From Anaeromyxobacter sp. (GTDB lineage: Bacteria; Myxococcota; Myxococcia; Myxococcales; Anaeromyxobacteraceae), in contig JASGJN010000026.1 in NCBI GenBank assembly GCA_049840735.1, positions 128,001 to 192,000 on the forward strand: DNA of 64,000 nt, given 5' to 3'. Under the pieces are notes generated by a model. The model did no database searches, was not told the origin of the DNA, and saw nothing but the letters and a program-made list of their open reading frames with translations. This document shows positions 1-18,500 of the stretch, one piece after another. Each line of letters opens with the position of its first letter. Position 1 is the first letter of the stretch. Both the position numbers and the translations under genes were made by a program.

Positions 1-745
1 CGCGCACATGGACGCGGTGCTGCGCCACCGCGGCCGCGACCTGACCGGCATCCTCAACGGCATCGACACGGCGGAGTGGAACCCGGCCACCGATCCGCAC
101 CTGGCCGCCCCCTTCTCACCGGAGGACCTGGCCGGGAAGGCCACCAACAAGGCCGCGGTGCAGCGCGAGCTCGGCCTGCCGGTCCGGCCGGACGTGCCGC
201 TGGTCGGCATGGTGGGGCGGCTGGCCGAGCAGAAGGGGATCGACCTGGTGTCGGCGGTGCTGCCGGCGCTGCTCCAGGCCGACGTGCAGCTGGTGCTGCT
301 GGGCAGCGGGGACCCGGGCTACCAGGACCTGCTGCGCCAGGCGGCGGCGGCGCAGCCGCAGAAGATGGCGGTGCGGATCGGCTTCGACGAGGGGCTGGCG
401 CACCGGATCGAGGCCGGCGGCGACGTGTTCCTGATGCCGTCGCGGTTCGAGCCCTGCGGCCTCAACCAGATGTACTCGCTCCGCTACGGCACGGTGCCGG
501 TGGTGCGGGCGGTGGGCGGCCTGGAGGACACCGTCGAGGACTACGACGGCGCCGGCGCGGGCACCGGCTTCAAGTTCCGCCAGTACACGCCGGACGCGCT
601 CATGACCGCGCTGCGGCGCGCGCTGGACCTCTACCGCGACCGGCGTGCCTGGCGCGGCCTCATGCTGCGCGGCATGGCCGAGGACAACAGCTGGGAGCGC
701 AGCGCGGCGTCGTACGAGCAGATCTACCGGAAGCTGGCCGGGTAG
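1..745 (+). CDS. glgA: Glycogen synthase, C-terminal part (5' end outside window)
   Basis: GILNGID, GRLAEQKG and MPSRFEPCGLNQMYSLRYGTVPVVR are GT5 glycogen synthase motifs. Confidence 0.95.
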   Translation, partial: AHMDAVLRHRGRDLTGILNGIDTAEWNPATDPHLAAPFSPEDLAGKATNKAAVQRELGLPVRPDVPLVGMVGRLAEQKGIDLVSAVLPALLQADVQLVLLGSGDPGYQDLLRQAAAAQPQKMAVRIGFDEGLAHRIEAGGDVFLMPSRFEPCGLNQMYSLRYGTVPVVRAVGGLEDTVEDYDGAGAGTGFKFRQYTPDALMTALRRALDLYRDRRAWRGLMLRGMAEDNSWERSAASYEQIYRKLAG

Positions 746-836
746 GCGGCCCGGCGCGCGTCCCGCGGCCGGTCCACGGTGCGGTGGCCGGCCTGGCCGC
801 CCGGCGGCGCAGGCCGGGCGTGCGCAAGGTGCTGGC

Positions 837-1133
837 ATGGCCCCTCGCCACGACGAAGACCTCGACCCCGAGCCCACCGCCCAGCCCTCCGACCACCACG
901 CCCGCGCGCTGCAGGAGGAGGACGACGAGAAGGTGGTGCCCGTCTCCAACGTGGGCGGCGCCGCCCCAACCCCGCTCGGCCTCGACTCCGGCGGCGACCT
1001 CGCCGGCCCGGAGGACGACCTCTCGAACCTCTCCGAGCCCGAGCCGCCGGAGGCGCCCGAGGTGGGCGCGCTCCATGTGCGCGACGAGGAGGACGAGCTG
1101 CGGGCGGCGCGGACCGACGACGACGTGGTCTGA
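837..1133 (+). CDS. Small acidic hypothetical protein (98 aa)
   Basis: ATG at 837 within ORF 645..1133; Asp/Glu/Pro-rich; GC3-biased codons. Confidence 0.65.
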   Translation: MAPRHDEDLDPEPTAQPSDHHARALQEEDDEKVVPVSNVGGAAPTPLGLDSGGDLAGPEDDLSNLSEPEPPEAPEVGALHVRDEEDELRAARTDDDVV

Positions 1134-1149
1134 CGCCGCCCGGCCCGTC

Positions 1150-3066
1150 TCAGGGCTCCGCGAAGAGCAGGTACGGCACCGCGGCGGTGTCGTCGTTGGC
1201 CCTGTCGCAGGCGGCGTCCAGCCCGTCCACGAGCCACCACTTGCCCGACTCGTCCAGGCCGGCGTCCACCCTGCCCGCGCCGTTCAGCAGCGGCGTGGTG
1301 CTCCACACGCCATCGTCGCGGATGGCCAGGCCCAGGACGTCCCCGCCCAGCGGCACGACGATCCGCTTGCCATCGCGGGTGGCAGCCGCCTGCCCGAGCC
1401 CCACGCCTTTGATGGCCACCGGGTCCTCCCAGGCGAGGGCGTTCCGCTTCACGGTGTAGGTCCGGCCGTAGCCGTAGCCGTACTCGACGAGGCTGAGGGC
1501 GGTGTCGCTGGTGGGGAGGACCAGCGAGAACGGATACCAAGAGGTCGTGCCGTCGTAGGGATAGGCCACCGCGGTCCAGCCACCGCTGCCGCGGCGAAGG
1601 AGCGAGCGGGCCTGGCCGATGCCCTGCTGCGTCAGCAGGCCGGGCTCGCCGCCGGGCGTGAAGGCCAGGCCGGTGATGGGGAAGCCAGAGGACGAGGGGA
1701 CCACGTCCTCGACGGCCCACGCGCCGCCGGCGTTGCTGACGTGGAGGTAGCCCTCGAGCGCGCCCAGCAGGAGGTGGAGCGCACCGGAGGGATCGACGCT
1801 GAAATCGCTGGACCCGACCTGCATCGGGCACCCAGGCACGCCGATGGCCTCCTCGTGCCAGCTGCCGTCGTTCCAGAGGTGCGTGAGCACGCAGTCCTGC
1901 TCGTGGATGGCGTGGGCGGCGCCGCCGGAGAAGATCACGCCGGGCGCGAGGAGCCGGCCGCCGGTCTTCTGAAAGGTGCCGCGCGCTGGCTCCAGGGGGA
2001 AGAAGACGCTCGGCCCGGAGGGGGAGGCGCAGCCCACGCTGCGCGCGAGCGCCAGGTGGCCAGCGGCGTCCCGCGCCGCGCGCGCGGCGGCAGGCGCGAG
2101 GAAGCGGGTGGTCTGCATCCCCTCCCGCGCCACCAGCGCATCCGTGTACACGCGGGCGGACAGGTCGCTCGCCGGCGTCACGCGCACCGAGATCCCGTAC
2201 CGCCACTGGCCGGGGGGCTCGTTCGCCAGGTCGAGCGAGGTGGCGCCCGGGGCCGGGGCCGGGAGCGGCTCGTCCACCGGCGTCTGGGCCGTCGCGGACT
2301 GCCGGACCAGCTCGTAGGTGTAGGCGTACCCGTCGGGCGCGCTCCAGGTCAGGTGGACCGTCTGGCCCTCCACGGTGGCGTGGAAGCCGTTCACCGGGCC
2401 CGGCGCCGACCACGTGGTCCGCACGGTCACCGGTTCGCTCTCCAGCGCGCCGAGCACGTAGGTTACCCGGTACTCGACCGCGTTGCCGTCGGCGTACAGG
2501 GGCTCGGTGCCGGCCCAGCCGGTGGTCAGGGGATCGACCGCGACGGTCCCCCAGGGCCCAGCCACGTCGCCCGGGCTGACGGCCCTCCGCTCCAGGCGCG
2601 GCACCACCTCGGCCGACCGGGAGACCTTCCGCCAGCCCACGTACATCCACGGCGACGGCCCGCCCATCGTCTCTGCGGTCAGATCGGCGGCCCCGCGGAC
2701 CGGCACGGTGACCGACAGGACCTCCGACCACTGGGACGCGGTCCGCCCGGCCCAGCACCTCAGGCGGAACTCGAAGGTCTGGCCGTCCAGGCCCACATCG
2801 CTGAGGAGCACGATCCCTGTCTCGCTCGCCGCGAGCGCGCGAGTGACCTCCAGCCAGGAGCCGCCGGGCACCCGGTAGTCGAGCTGGAAGACGTTCCAGT
2901 CGCCCTGCGGAGCGGTCGTGCCCAGGACGATTCCCTGGGGCGGCTCACCGAAGCCCACCAGCGTGAGCGTGGGTGCGCCGCCTCCCCCGCCCCCGCTGTC
3001 CTTGCCGCCGCACGCGAGCACGCTGGCCGCGAGCACGGCCAGACCCATCGAAAGATACCGGTTCAT
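1150..3066 (-). CDS. Lipoprotein with fibronectin III-like and beta-rich repeats
   Basis: Signal peptide with lipobox (SVLA-C) then Gly linker; FN3-like APGPVNGFHATVEGQTVHLTWSAP; RBS GAGGGGG upstream of ATG 3066. Confidence 0.75.
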   Translation of the reverse strand: MNRYLSMGLAVLAASVLACGGKDSGGGGGGAPTLTLVGFGEPPQGIVLGTTAPQGDWNVFQLDYRVPGGSWLEVTRALAASETGIVLLSDVGLDGQTFEFRLRCWAGRTASQWSEVLSVTVPVRGAADLTAETMGGPSPWMYVGWRKVSRSAEVVPRLERRAVSPGDVAGPWGTVAVDPLTTGWAGTEPLYADGNAVEYRVTYVLGALESEPVTVRTTWSAPGPVNGFHATVEGQTVHLTWSAPDGYAYTYELVRQSATAQTPVDEPLPAPAPGATSLDLANEPPGQWRYGISVRVTPASDLSARVYTDALVAREGMQTTRFLAPAAARAARDAAGHLALARSVGCASPSGPSVFFPLEPARGTFQKTGGRLLAPGVIFSGGAAHAIHEQDCVLTHLWNDGSWHEEAIGVPGCPMQVGSSDFSVDPSGALHLLLGALEGYLHVSNAGGAWAVEDVVPSSSGFPITGLAFTPGGEPGLLTQQGIGQARSLLRRGSGGWTAVAYPYDGTTSWYPFSLVLPTSDTALSLVEYGYGYGRTYTVKRNALAWEDPVAIKGVGLGQAAATRDGKRIVVPLGGDVLGLAIRDDGVWSTTPLLNGAGRVDAGLDESGKWWLVDGLDAACDRANDDTAAVPYLLFAEP

Positions 3067-3145
3067 GATGTCCCCCTCCCGCTCCCCGTCTACCACACGC
3101 ACGCATGGTCGAGGCGAACGGACTCACCTCGGGGAAACCCCACCC

Positions 3146-4219
3146 GTGAGGCCGCAGGAGGCCTTCGAGCGGGGCCGTTGCGGCCCGGATCTCCCCGTGC
3201 CACCGTCCCCGGCAGTGGCCCTGCTCCCCGCCCCGCTCCGCACCCGGCGCCTGCGCCTGGTCCCCGCCACCGTCGAGCACCTGCGCGCCGAGCTGGAGGG
3301 ACGCGAGGCGTTCGCGGCGGCGCTGGGCGCCGAGGTCACGGAGAGCTGGCCGCCGGGGGAGTACGACGGCGCCGCCATCGGCTTCTTCCTGGCGCGGCAC
3401 GAGGCGCTGGGCGCCGCGGCGGAGGGCTGGTTCGGCTGGTACGCGCTGACCGTCCCGGCGCGCGCGGACGAGCGGCCGATGGTGGTGGCCGCGGCCGGCT
3501 ACCTGGGGCCGCCCGGGCCGGAGGGGACGGTGGAGATCGGCTACTCGGTGATCCCGGAGCAGCGGGGCCGCGGCCACGCCAGCGCCATCGCCGACGCGCT
3601 GGCGGCGCGCGCGCTGCGGCTCCCAGGGGTGGAGCGGGTGGTCGCGCACATCATGATGGGCAACGAGCCCTCGCAGGCGGTGCTGCTCCGCGCGGGGTTC
3701 GCGCGGGTGGGGCCCGGCCGCGAGACCGGCACGCTGCGCTTCGAGCGGCCCGCCAGCGTACCGGGCACGGTGCGCCGCGCCCAGCCGGACGACGCGCCGG
3801 CCATCGCCGCGCTCTTCACGGCCTCCCGCCGCGCGGCCATGCCCGGGCTGCCGGAGCTGCACACGCCCGCCGACACGGAGTGGTTCTTCCGCGAGGTGGT
3901 GCCGGCGCTGCGCGAGGTCTGGGTGCTGGAGGACGGCGGGCCGGTGATCGGCTTCATCGCCTTCGGCGGAGGCGAGATCGAGCACCTGTACGTCGCCCCG
4001 GGCGCGCAGGGGCGCGGAGCCGGAGCGCGCCTGCTCGGGCTGGCCATGGCCAGCGGCGCGCCGCTGGAGCTGTGGACCTTCGCGCGCAACGCCGCCGCGC
4101 GGGCCTTCTACGAACACCACGGCTTCGCGGCGGTCGAGGAGACCGACGGCGCCGGCAACGAGGAGCGCGAGCCGGACGTGCGTTACCGGTGGGACGGGAT
4201 GACGCGCACCGCAGGGTAG
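3146..4219 (+). CDS. Tandem GNAT acetyltransferase (RimJ/RimL-like plus GNAT); start uncertain
   Basis: Two acetyl-CoA motif A copies (EIGYSVIPEQRGRGHA; LYVAPGAQGRGAG) and NAAARAFYEHHGF. Confidence 0.85.
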   Translation: MRPQEAFERGRCGPDLPVPPSPAVALLPAPLRTRRLRLVPATVEHLRAELEGREAFAAALGAEVTESWPPGEYDGAAIGFFLARHEALGAAAEGWFGWYALTVPARADERPMVVAAAGYLGPPGPEGTVEIGYSVIPEQRGRGHASAIADALAARALRLPGVERVVAHIMMGNEPSQAVLLRAGFARVGPGRETGTLRFERPASVPGTVRRAQPDDAPAIAALFTASRRAAMPGLPELHTPADTEWFFREVVPALREVWVLEDGGPVIGFIAFGGGEIEHLYVAPGAQGRGAGARLLGLAMASGAPLELWTFARNAAARAFYEHHGFAAVEETDGAGNEEREPDVRYRWDGMTRTAG

Positions 4220-4224
4220 TTCCC

Positions 4225-4331
4225 GGCCTTCGACTCCGGGCCCGCCTCGGGCGGGCCCTACGCTCAGGCTGACCGGATCCAGGCTCCGTTCGGCCTGAGC
4301 GTAGCCGCCGAAGGCGGCGGAGTCGAAGGCC
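4225..4331. repeat. Inverted pair of TTCGAC...GCTCAG palindromic repeats (BIME-like)
   Basis: Copies at 4225-4276 (+) and 4286-4331 (-), each CCTTCGACTCC-hairpin-TACGCTCAGG. Confidence 0.9.
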
Positions 4332-4455
4332 AGGCCCCATGCACGCGAAGCGAGCCCTCTCGTTCGCGGCTCCAGTTCGATCAAGGCGCGCTGAGGGTGC
4401 GCGGCGGCGTGCCCCGCTCACGGATTGGCCGCGGCCGGGCTATCGTGCCTGGTCC

Positions 4456-5364
4456 ATGGCCCGCCCCGCGGTCTCGAACGTCGCGCTCTTCGTCATCCCC
4501 AGCGTCATCTGGGGCACCACCTGGCTGGCCATCAAGTTCCAGCTGGGGCTGGTCGCGCCGGAGGTCTCGGTCACCTGGCGCTTCGCGCTGGCCGGAGCGC
4601 TGATCGTGGCCTGGTGCGCGCTGCGCGGCGTGCCGCTCCGCTTCTCACCGCGGGACCACGCCGGCTTCGCGCTGCTGGGCGCGCTCCTGTTCGGCGTGAA
4701 CTACGTGCTCACCTACCGGAGCGAGCAGTACCTGACCAGCGGGCTGGTGGCGGTGATCTTCGCCTTCATCGTCTTCTGGAACCTGCTCGGCGCCTGGCTC
4801 CTCTTCGGCACCCGGCCGCCGCGGGCGGTGGTGGCCGGCGCGGCGCTGGGCGTGGGCGGCGTGGCGCTGCTCTTCTGGCCGGAGGTGGCCTCGCTGCGCG
4901 CCGGCGCCTCCGGCGGCCAGGCCGCGGGCATGGGGCTGGCCGTGGTGGCCACGCTGCTCGCGTCCGGGGGGAACCTCTACTCGCAGCGGCTCTTCCGGCG
5001 CGGCCTCCCGGTGCTCCCGGCCACCGGCCTCTCCATGGCCTACAGCGCCGCCATGGTGGCGGGCTGGTGCGCCGTCACCGGCGTCCCCTTCACGTTCGAC
5101 GCGCGCCCCGGCTACGTGCTCTCGCTGCTCTACCTGGCCTGCTTCGGCTCGGTGGTGGCGTTCCTCACCTACCTGACGCTGGTCCACCGCATCGGCGCCG
5201 GCCGGGCCGGGTACACCTCCGCCGTGACGCCGGCGGTGGCGATGGCCATCTCGACCGCGTTCGAGGGCTACCGCTGGACGCCCGGCACGCTGGCCGGAAT
5301 GGCGCTGGTGCTGGGCGGGACGGTGCTGGTGCTGCGGGCCAGGGCGACCGCGGCGCCGCGCTGA
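4456..5364 (+). CDS. EamA/DMT family transporter
   Basis: IWGTTWLAIKFQLG motif; about 10 hydrophobic helices in two repeats. Confidence 0.9.
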   Translation: MARPAVSNVALFVIPSVIWGTTWLAIKFQLGLVAPEVSVTWRFALAGALIVAWCALRGVPLRFSPRDHAGFALLGALLFGVNYVLTYRSEQYLTSGLVAVIFAFIVFWNLLGAWLLFGTRPPRAVVAGAALGVGGVALLFWPEVASLRAGASGGQAAGMGLAVVATLLASGGNLYSQRLFRRGLPVLPATGLSMAYSAAMVAGWCAVTGVPFTFDARPGYVLSLLYLACFGSVVAFLTYLTLVHRIGAGRAGYTSAVTPAVAMAISTAFEGYRWTPGTLAGMALVLGGTVLVLRARATAAPR

Positions 5365-5414
5365 TCCCGGGAATGGCCGCCGGTCTGCCGGGTTCCCCGG
5401 GGAGGAGGAGTCCG

Positions 5415-6020
5415 GTGCCCCCTCGCCCCCTGTTGCTCACGCTGGCCGCGGCCGCGCTCCTGCCCGCGCTCGCCGCTGCGCAGGCGCGCCCGGCCGACCG
5501 CGCCGCCTTCACCCGCCGGCTGGTGGCGGCGGCGGTGGCGCGCACCCAGGTGAAGGTCCGGTACGTCCCGGACTACGTCGGCATCCCGTACCCCGGCGGC
5601 GACGTGCCGGCCGGCACCGGGGTCTGCACCGACGAGATCATCCGCATCTACCGCGCGGTGGGGATCGACCTGCAGCGGGAGGTGCACGAGGACATCGTGC
5701 GGAACCGGGCCGCCTACCCGCGGGTGAGCGGCCGTCCGGACACCAGCATCGACCACCGGCGCGTGCCCAACCTCATGGCCTTCCTCGACCGCCACGGGGA
5801 GCCGCTGGCGCGGAGCGACGACCCCACCGACTACCGGCCCGGCGACCTCGTCACCTGGGACCTGGCCGCCGGCCACATCGGCATGGTGGTGGACCGGAAG
5901 GATCCCTCCGGCCGCCCGCTCATCCTGCACAATGTGGGCAGGGGCCCGATGATCGAGGACGCGCTCTTCGCCTGGCCCATCACCGGCCACTGGCGGTACG
6001 CGGGGAGGGCGCGGCGGTAA
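5415..6020 (+). CDS. DUF1287 (YijF-like) secreted protein
   Basis: YPGGDVP..GVCTDEIIR..DLQ and IDHRRVPNL motifs; signal peptide; RBS GGAGGAGG before GTG 5415. Confidence 0.85.
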   Translation: MPPRPLLLTLAAAALLPALAAAQARPADRAAFTRRLVAAAVARTQVKVRYVPDYVGIPYPGGDVPAGTGVCTDEIIRIYRAVGIDLQREVHEDIVRNRAAYPRVSGRPDTSIDHRRVPNLMAFLDRHGEPLARSDDPTDYRPGDLVTWDLAAGHIGMVVDRKDPSGRPLILHNVGRGPMIEDALFAWPITGHWRYAGRARR

Positions 6021-6034
6021 GCCGGGACGGCGGG

Positions 6035-6613
6035 TCAGCCGCGGTGGGCCATTCGCCGCGCGGGCGCCTTGGCGCGGGCCGGATCGACCTCGGCGATGAG
6101 CTGGAGCGCGGCCTGGTCCCGCAGCACCTCACGGTCGTTTCCCTCCTTCCGGACCGCCACCGTCAGGCAGCCCGTGCAGTAGGCGACGTCCGCGCCCGTG
6201 CGGTAGACCACCGTGAGTGGCGTCCCGCAGCGGCCGCAGATCTCCTCGAAAACCGTGGCGGTGAGGATGACGCCGCCCGGCACACCCAGCAGCGCGCCCA
6301 CCAGCCAGCTGTGCGGGATGAACGCCCACACGTTGGATACCACGTAGAGCAGGCCCAGGCTGGCGAGGATGAGCAGCGGGCCCAGCACCAGGTTGAGCGG
6401 GGCCAGCTTGCGCCGGACCAGGCCGCGCTGATGGGCGGGGTAGGGGTTCCTGAGGCCATGGACCAGCGCGGCCAGCCCCGCCATCGCGAAGCCCACCGCC
6501 ACCTGGCTCCGCCGGGCCGGGGGCAGGCCGTGGAGCGCCTCGGCGAACTGGAACAAGCAGCCAGAGACGAGCAGCAGCAGCCCGCCGATCGCCACGTAGA
6601 ACGTCTTGCTCAC
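6035..6613 (-). CDS. Membrane protein with C-terminal CxxC..CxxC zinc ribbon
   Basis: Four hydrophobic segments then CGRC and CTGC. Confidence 0.65.
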   Translation of the reverse strand: MSKTFYVAIGGLLLLVSGCLFQFAEALHGLPPARRSQVAVGFAMAGLAALVHGLRNPYPAHQRGLVRRKLAPLNLVLGPLLILASLGLLYVVSNVWAFIPHSWLVGALLGVPGGVILTATVFEEICGRCGTPLTVVYRTGADVAYCTGCLTVAVRKEGNDREVLRDQAALQLIAEVDPARAKAPARRMAHRG

Positions 6614-6649
6614 GCGTCCCCCCGGATCTGGGCCACCCAGCAGGGCAGT

Positions 6650-7463
6650 CTATCCTGGTGCGTGACGGAAGGGCTCGGCGGTGGACGGCTCGACGTGCCG
6701 CAGGCCCGGGGACGGGCCGGGGTGGAGGCGGGCCAGCGCGGCCACGAACCCGGGGAACACCCGCCAGGCCCCCAGCAGCGGCGCGCCGGCGTGGAGGGCG
6801 TCGTCGCAGCGGATGGTGAAGGCGTGCCAGGCGCCGCCAGCCGGGGCGAGCGGCCAGGCCTGCGGGGTGTCCCCGGTTCGGACGGGAGGCAGGAGACGAG
6901 CAGCGTGTCCACCGTCAGGCCCAGGCCCAGGGCCTTCAGCGCCGCCTCCTTTCCGCACCACACCAGGTTCGCCCGGACCGGATGCCCGTCCGGCGAGCCT
7001 CGCACGAACGCCTGCTCCGCTGCGGTCAGGAAGGTCTCGAGGAAGGCCGGGGAGCGGGGCTCGATGCGCCCCAGGTCGATGCCGATCCCCGGCGCGCCCG
7101 CTCCGACGGCCGCGGCGCACATCGCGTGGCCCTCGGTGTGGCTGATGGAGAGGGTGACGGGCAGCAGGTCACCCGGGGTGAAGCCAGCCACCGGCTCCGC
7201 CCCGGGCGCCAGGCGCACCACCGGCCTGCCGCCCACCTCCGGCAGGATCTCGAGCGCCGGGGGTGGCCAGCGCCCGCCGTGGATCTCCGCCAGCGCCCGG
7301 GCCACCACCGACTTGGCCACGAGGCGCCCCACCAGCCACTCCAGGCGCCGGCGCGGCACCCGGAGCTGGCCGAGGCGCTCCCGCTCCGCCCCGGTCAGCC
7401 AGGCCTCGGGCGCCTCGCCAGCCTCTGCCAGCACCTCGCGGTCGGAGCGGAGCGCCCAGTGGA

Positions 7464-7467
<4 letters not shown>
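6650..7467 (-). CDS. Sfp-type 4'-phosphopantetheinyl transferase (apparent frameshift near 6872)
   Basis: LSISHT, GIDL and WCGKEAALKALG motifs; ATGA overlap with PKS stop; protein-like C-terminus continues in the frame of ORF 6650..7120. Confidence 0.85.
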
Positions 7468-15675
<8,208 letters not shown>

Positions 15676-15759
15676 GATCCTGGCTCCCCTGGACGCGCCG
15701 CACGCCCTGGCGCGCCCGCAGCTGCCCGGCCCGGGGGCGTCCGGGCCGTGAGGTGGCGC

Positions 15760-17386
15760 TCACGCGGGGAAGGCCTGGGCCAGGCTCCCCGCCACCACGT
15801 CCATGTCCTCAATCCCGCCGGCCTGGGCGGCCAGCACCCGGGCCCAGTCCACTGCGCGCAGGAACTCCGGGTCGCCCTGGCCGGCCGCGACCGCCCACCG
15901 CGCGCCCTCGAAGGCGACGCGGGCGGCGGCCTCCCGCGCGAAGACGCGGGACATGGCCGCGAGCGCCGCGGGAGACAGCGGCGTGGCGGCGCTGGGCTGG
16001 CCGGCGACCCGCTCGGCGAAGACCGCCGCGCCCTCGGCCTGCGCCACCAGCTCGCCCAGCCGGAAGAGCACGTGCTGGTGGCGCGTGAGCCGGTCGAGGC
16101 GGCAGCGCTCCAGGACGGCGGCCAGGCACCGCAGCGCCAGCGCGGCCTCGCCGGCGCCCAGGTCCTTGCGCGCGGCCTGGAGCGCCTCCATGCGGCCGGC
16201 CCAGTCGAGGTAGTGGGCCCCGCGCGACTTGAGGTGGAGCTGCCACCGGTCGCGCGCCGTGGTCCACTCCAGGATCTCCGAGGTGCCCTCGTAGATGGTC
16301 GTGATGCGGACGTCCCGCTTGATCTTCTCCACCATGTACTCGCGGGTGTAGCCGTTGCCGCCCAGCGCCTGGATGGCGTCCTCGGCCGCGCGGTTGCCGG
16401 CCTCGGTGGCCAAGAGCTTCGCGATGGCGCCCTCGGTGGCCAGGTCCTGCGCGCCGGCGTCCAGCCGGTCCGCGGTCCACTCGATGTACGCGCGCGCCGC
16501 CTCCAGCCGCACGGCGTTCGGGACCAGCAGCTTGTGGGTGAACCCCTGCTTGCGCATGAGCGGGGTCCCGCCCACCACCCGCTCCTGCGCGTAGCGGATG
16601 GCCCGCTCCAGGGCGGCCCAGCCGCCGCCCAGGCCGAACGCCGCGACCATGAGGCGCGTGTAGCCGAAGACGGCCTGCGCCTGCGTGAACCCCTGCCCCT
16701 CCACCCCGCCCACCAGGTGCTCGGCCGGGACGATGACGTTGTCGAGGAAGAGGGCCGTGGTGTTGCTGGCCCGGATGCCGTGCTTGTCCTCGTGCTTGCC
16801 GGCCGTCAGCCCCGGGGTGCCTTGCTCGACCACGAACCAGGAGGCGCCGCCCGGCGCGTTGGCCAGGATCAGCCACAGGGCGGCCACGCCGCCGTTGCTG
16901 ATCCACTGCTTGCGCCCGTTCAGCGCGTAGCAGGGGCGCCCCTCGTGCACCACCGGCGCCGCCGTGGTGCGCAGCGAGGTCAGGTCGCTGCCGGCCTGCG
17001 GCTCGGTGGCGCCGTAGGCGACCAGCAGCCCCTCCTCGGCGATGCGCCGCATCCAGCGCTGCTTCTGCTCCGGCGTTCCACCCACGGTGATGGGGTCGGT
17101 CCCCAGGAACGTGGCCAGCACGCCGGTGGCGATCCCGAGGTCGATCCGCGCCAGCAGCTCGGACACGCGGTAGATGTCCTGGGCGCCGCCGCCCATCCCG
17201 CCGAACTCCTCCGGGATGAAGAGCAGGTGCAGGCCCAGGTTGCCGTAGAGGTCGCGGTGGACCTGCTCCGGGAACTCGTTGGTGCGATCGAGCTCCAGCA
17301 GCCGCTCCGGGGAAAGCTCCCGCTCGGCGTACTCGCGCAGCGTGCCGAGGACGAGGTCCAGGGACTCGCGATCGAATCCTTCCCAT
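15760..17386 (-). CDS. Acyl-CoA dehydrogenase with C-terminal extension (extra G after start codon)
   Basis: [26 protein letters not shown] and IYEGTSEI; removing one G after ATG 17386 gives [13 protein letters not shown] in frame with ORF 15760..17196. Confidence 0.9.
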
Positions 17387-17422
17387 GCCGCGGACAGATA
17401 CGCCTCGCGGCGCGCGCCCCCA

Positions 17423-17434
17423 TGACGCGCGTCA
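17423..17434. promoter_or_regulatory. Perfect palindrome TGACGCGCGTCA upstream of the ACAD-PKS operon
   Basis: 12-bp palindrome about 37 bp upstream of the ACAD start; regulator unknown. Confidence 0.35.
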
Positions 17435-17830
17435 GCCGCGGCGCGCTACCTTGGGTCCAGCCCCGCCTGTGGGGATCGCGAAGTGAACGCTCGCACCCTG
17501 CGTGTGGTTCACGGCACGTGCAGTCTCACGACGCACCGCGTGATCACCTGTCTGCCGGCTCGTGGGGCGAGCGCTCGCTGACGCGCCGCGTGAGACCCCT
17601 GGGGGCAGCGCGGGGCTCCGCGGCGGGGATCTTCAGGAGGCCTCGGCAGGCGGGCTGAAGGGCGTCGGGCGGCGGATGGTGTCCATGGCGGGACGCCTGG
17701 ACCTCGGCGTGCCGCGATCCGGAGACCACCCGACCGCCCTGCGCCCGTCGGCCTCGCGCGCAGTGCGCGAGGCCTGGTTCCTGGAGGCTGGACGGGCCCA
17801 GCCCCGGCGGCATTCAGCGCCTCGCGCGCC

Positions 17831-18487
17831 TTACCCTGGCGCGTCGCGGAAGGCCTTGCTGGCGGGTGCCAGCTTCTTGAACACCTCGTCGGCCTTGACC
17901 GGCTCGTTGGCCTTGAACCCGAAGGACGGGTTGTCCAGCACCGGCGCCAGCCAGAGCGCGCCGTCCTTGAGGAAGCCGATGAAGACCAGCTTCATGGCCG
18001 GGACCTCCACCAGCGCGGTGCCGGTGGGCGGGACCGCGGCGACCTCGGCGGCGCGGGCGCGGGCCTGCGTCACCAGCTGCGTGCGGTTGGGCGCGCCGAA
18101 GGCGCGGGCGGTCCAGCCCTTCTCGGTCGCGGCCACGGTCACCGAGGAGCGGACCTTGCCGTCCACCTCCACCGGGTAGAGCGCCTCGCGGGCGTCGTGG
18201 AGGAGCTTCATGGGATCGCCGCCTGCCTGGAAGGCGGAGAGCTCGTCCAGCCGGACGCGGCTGGTGCCGAGCGGCTGGCCGAGCGTGGCGCGGTCGAGCT
18301 CGGCCTGCGACTCGAAGCCCATCTCGCGGAAGTTCTTGGCCTGCTGGAGCAGGGCGCGGAGGGTGGAGAGCCCCTCGCTGGCGGCGCGCGTGGCGCCCTC
18401 GTCGACGTGGGTCACTGGTTCACGGGTCTGCGCGGCCGCCAGCGTGGGGGCCAGGAGCAGCGCAGCGATCAGGAGACGGTTGCACAT
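17831..18487 (-). CDS. Secreted hypothetical protein, partner of the upstream protease
   Basis: Signal peptide MCNRLLIAALLLAPTLAAA; RBS GAGGAG; 13 bp downstream of the protease gene. Confidence 0.8.
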   Translation of the reverse strand: MCNRLLIAALLLAPTLAAAQTREPVTHVDEGATRAASEGLSTLRALLQQAKNFREMGFESQAELDRATLGQPLGTSRVRLDELSAFQAGGDPMKLLHDAREALYPVEVDGKVRSSVTVAATEKGWTARAFGAPNRTQLVTQARARAAEVAAVPPTGTALVEVPAMKLVFIGFLKDGALWLAPVLDNPSFGFKANEPVKADEVFKKLAPASKAFRDAPG

Positions 18488-18500
18488 GGGCGGTGGCTCC

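Noticed and set aside
4225..4331. CRISPR-like reading of the conserved-flank/variable-core repeats
   Set aside because: Copies are dispersed rather than arrayed, the variable cores are self-complementary hairpins, and no cas genes were seen.
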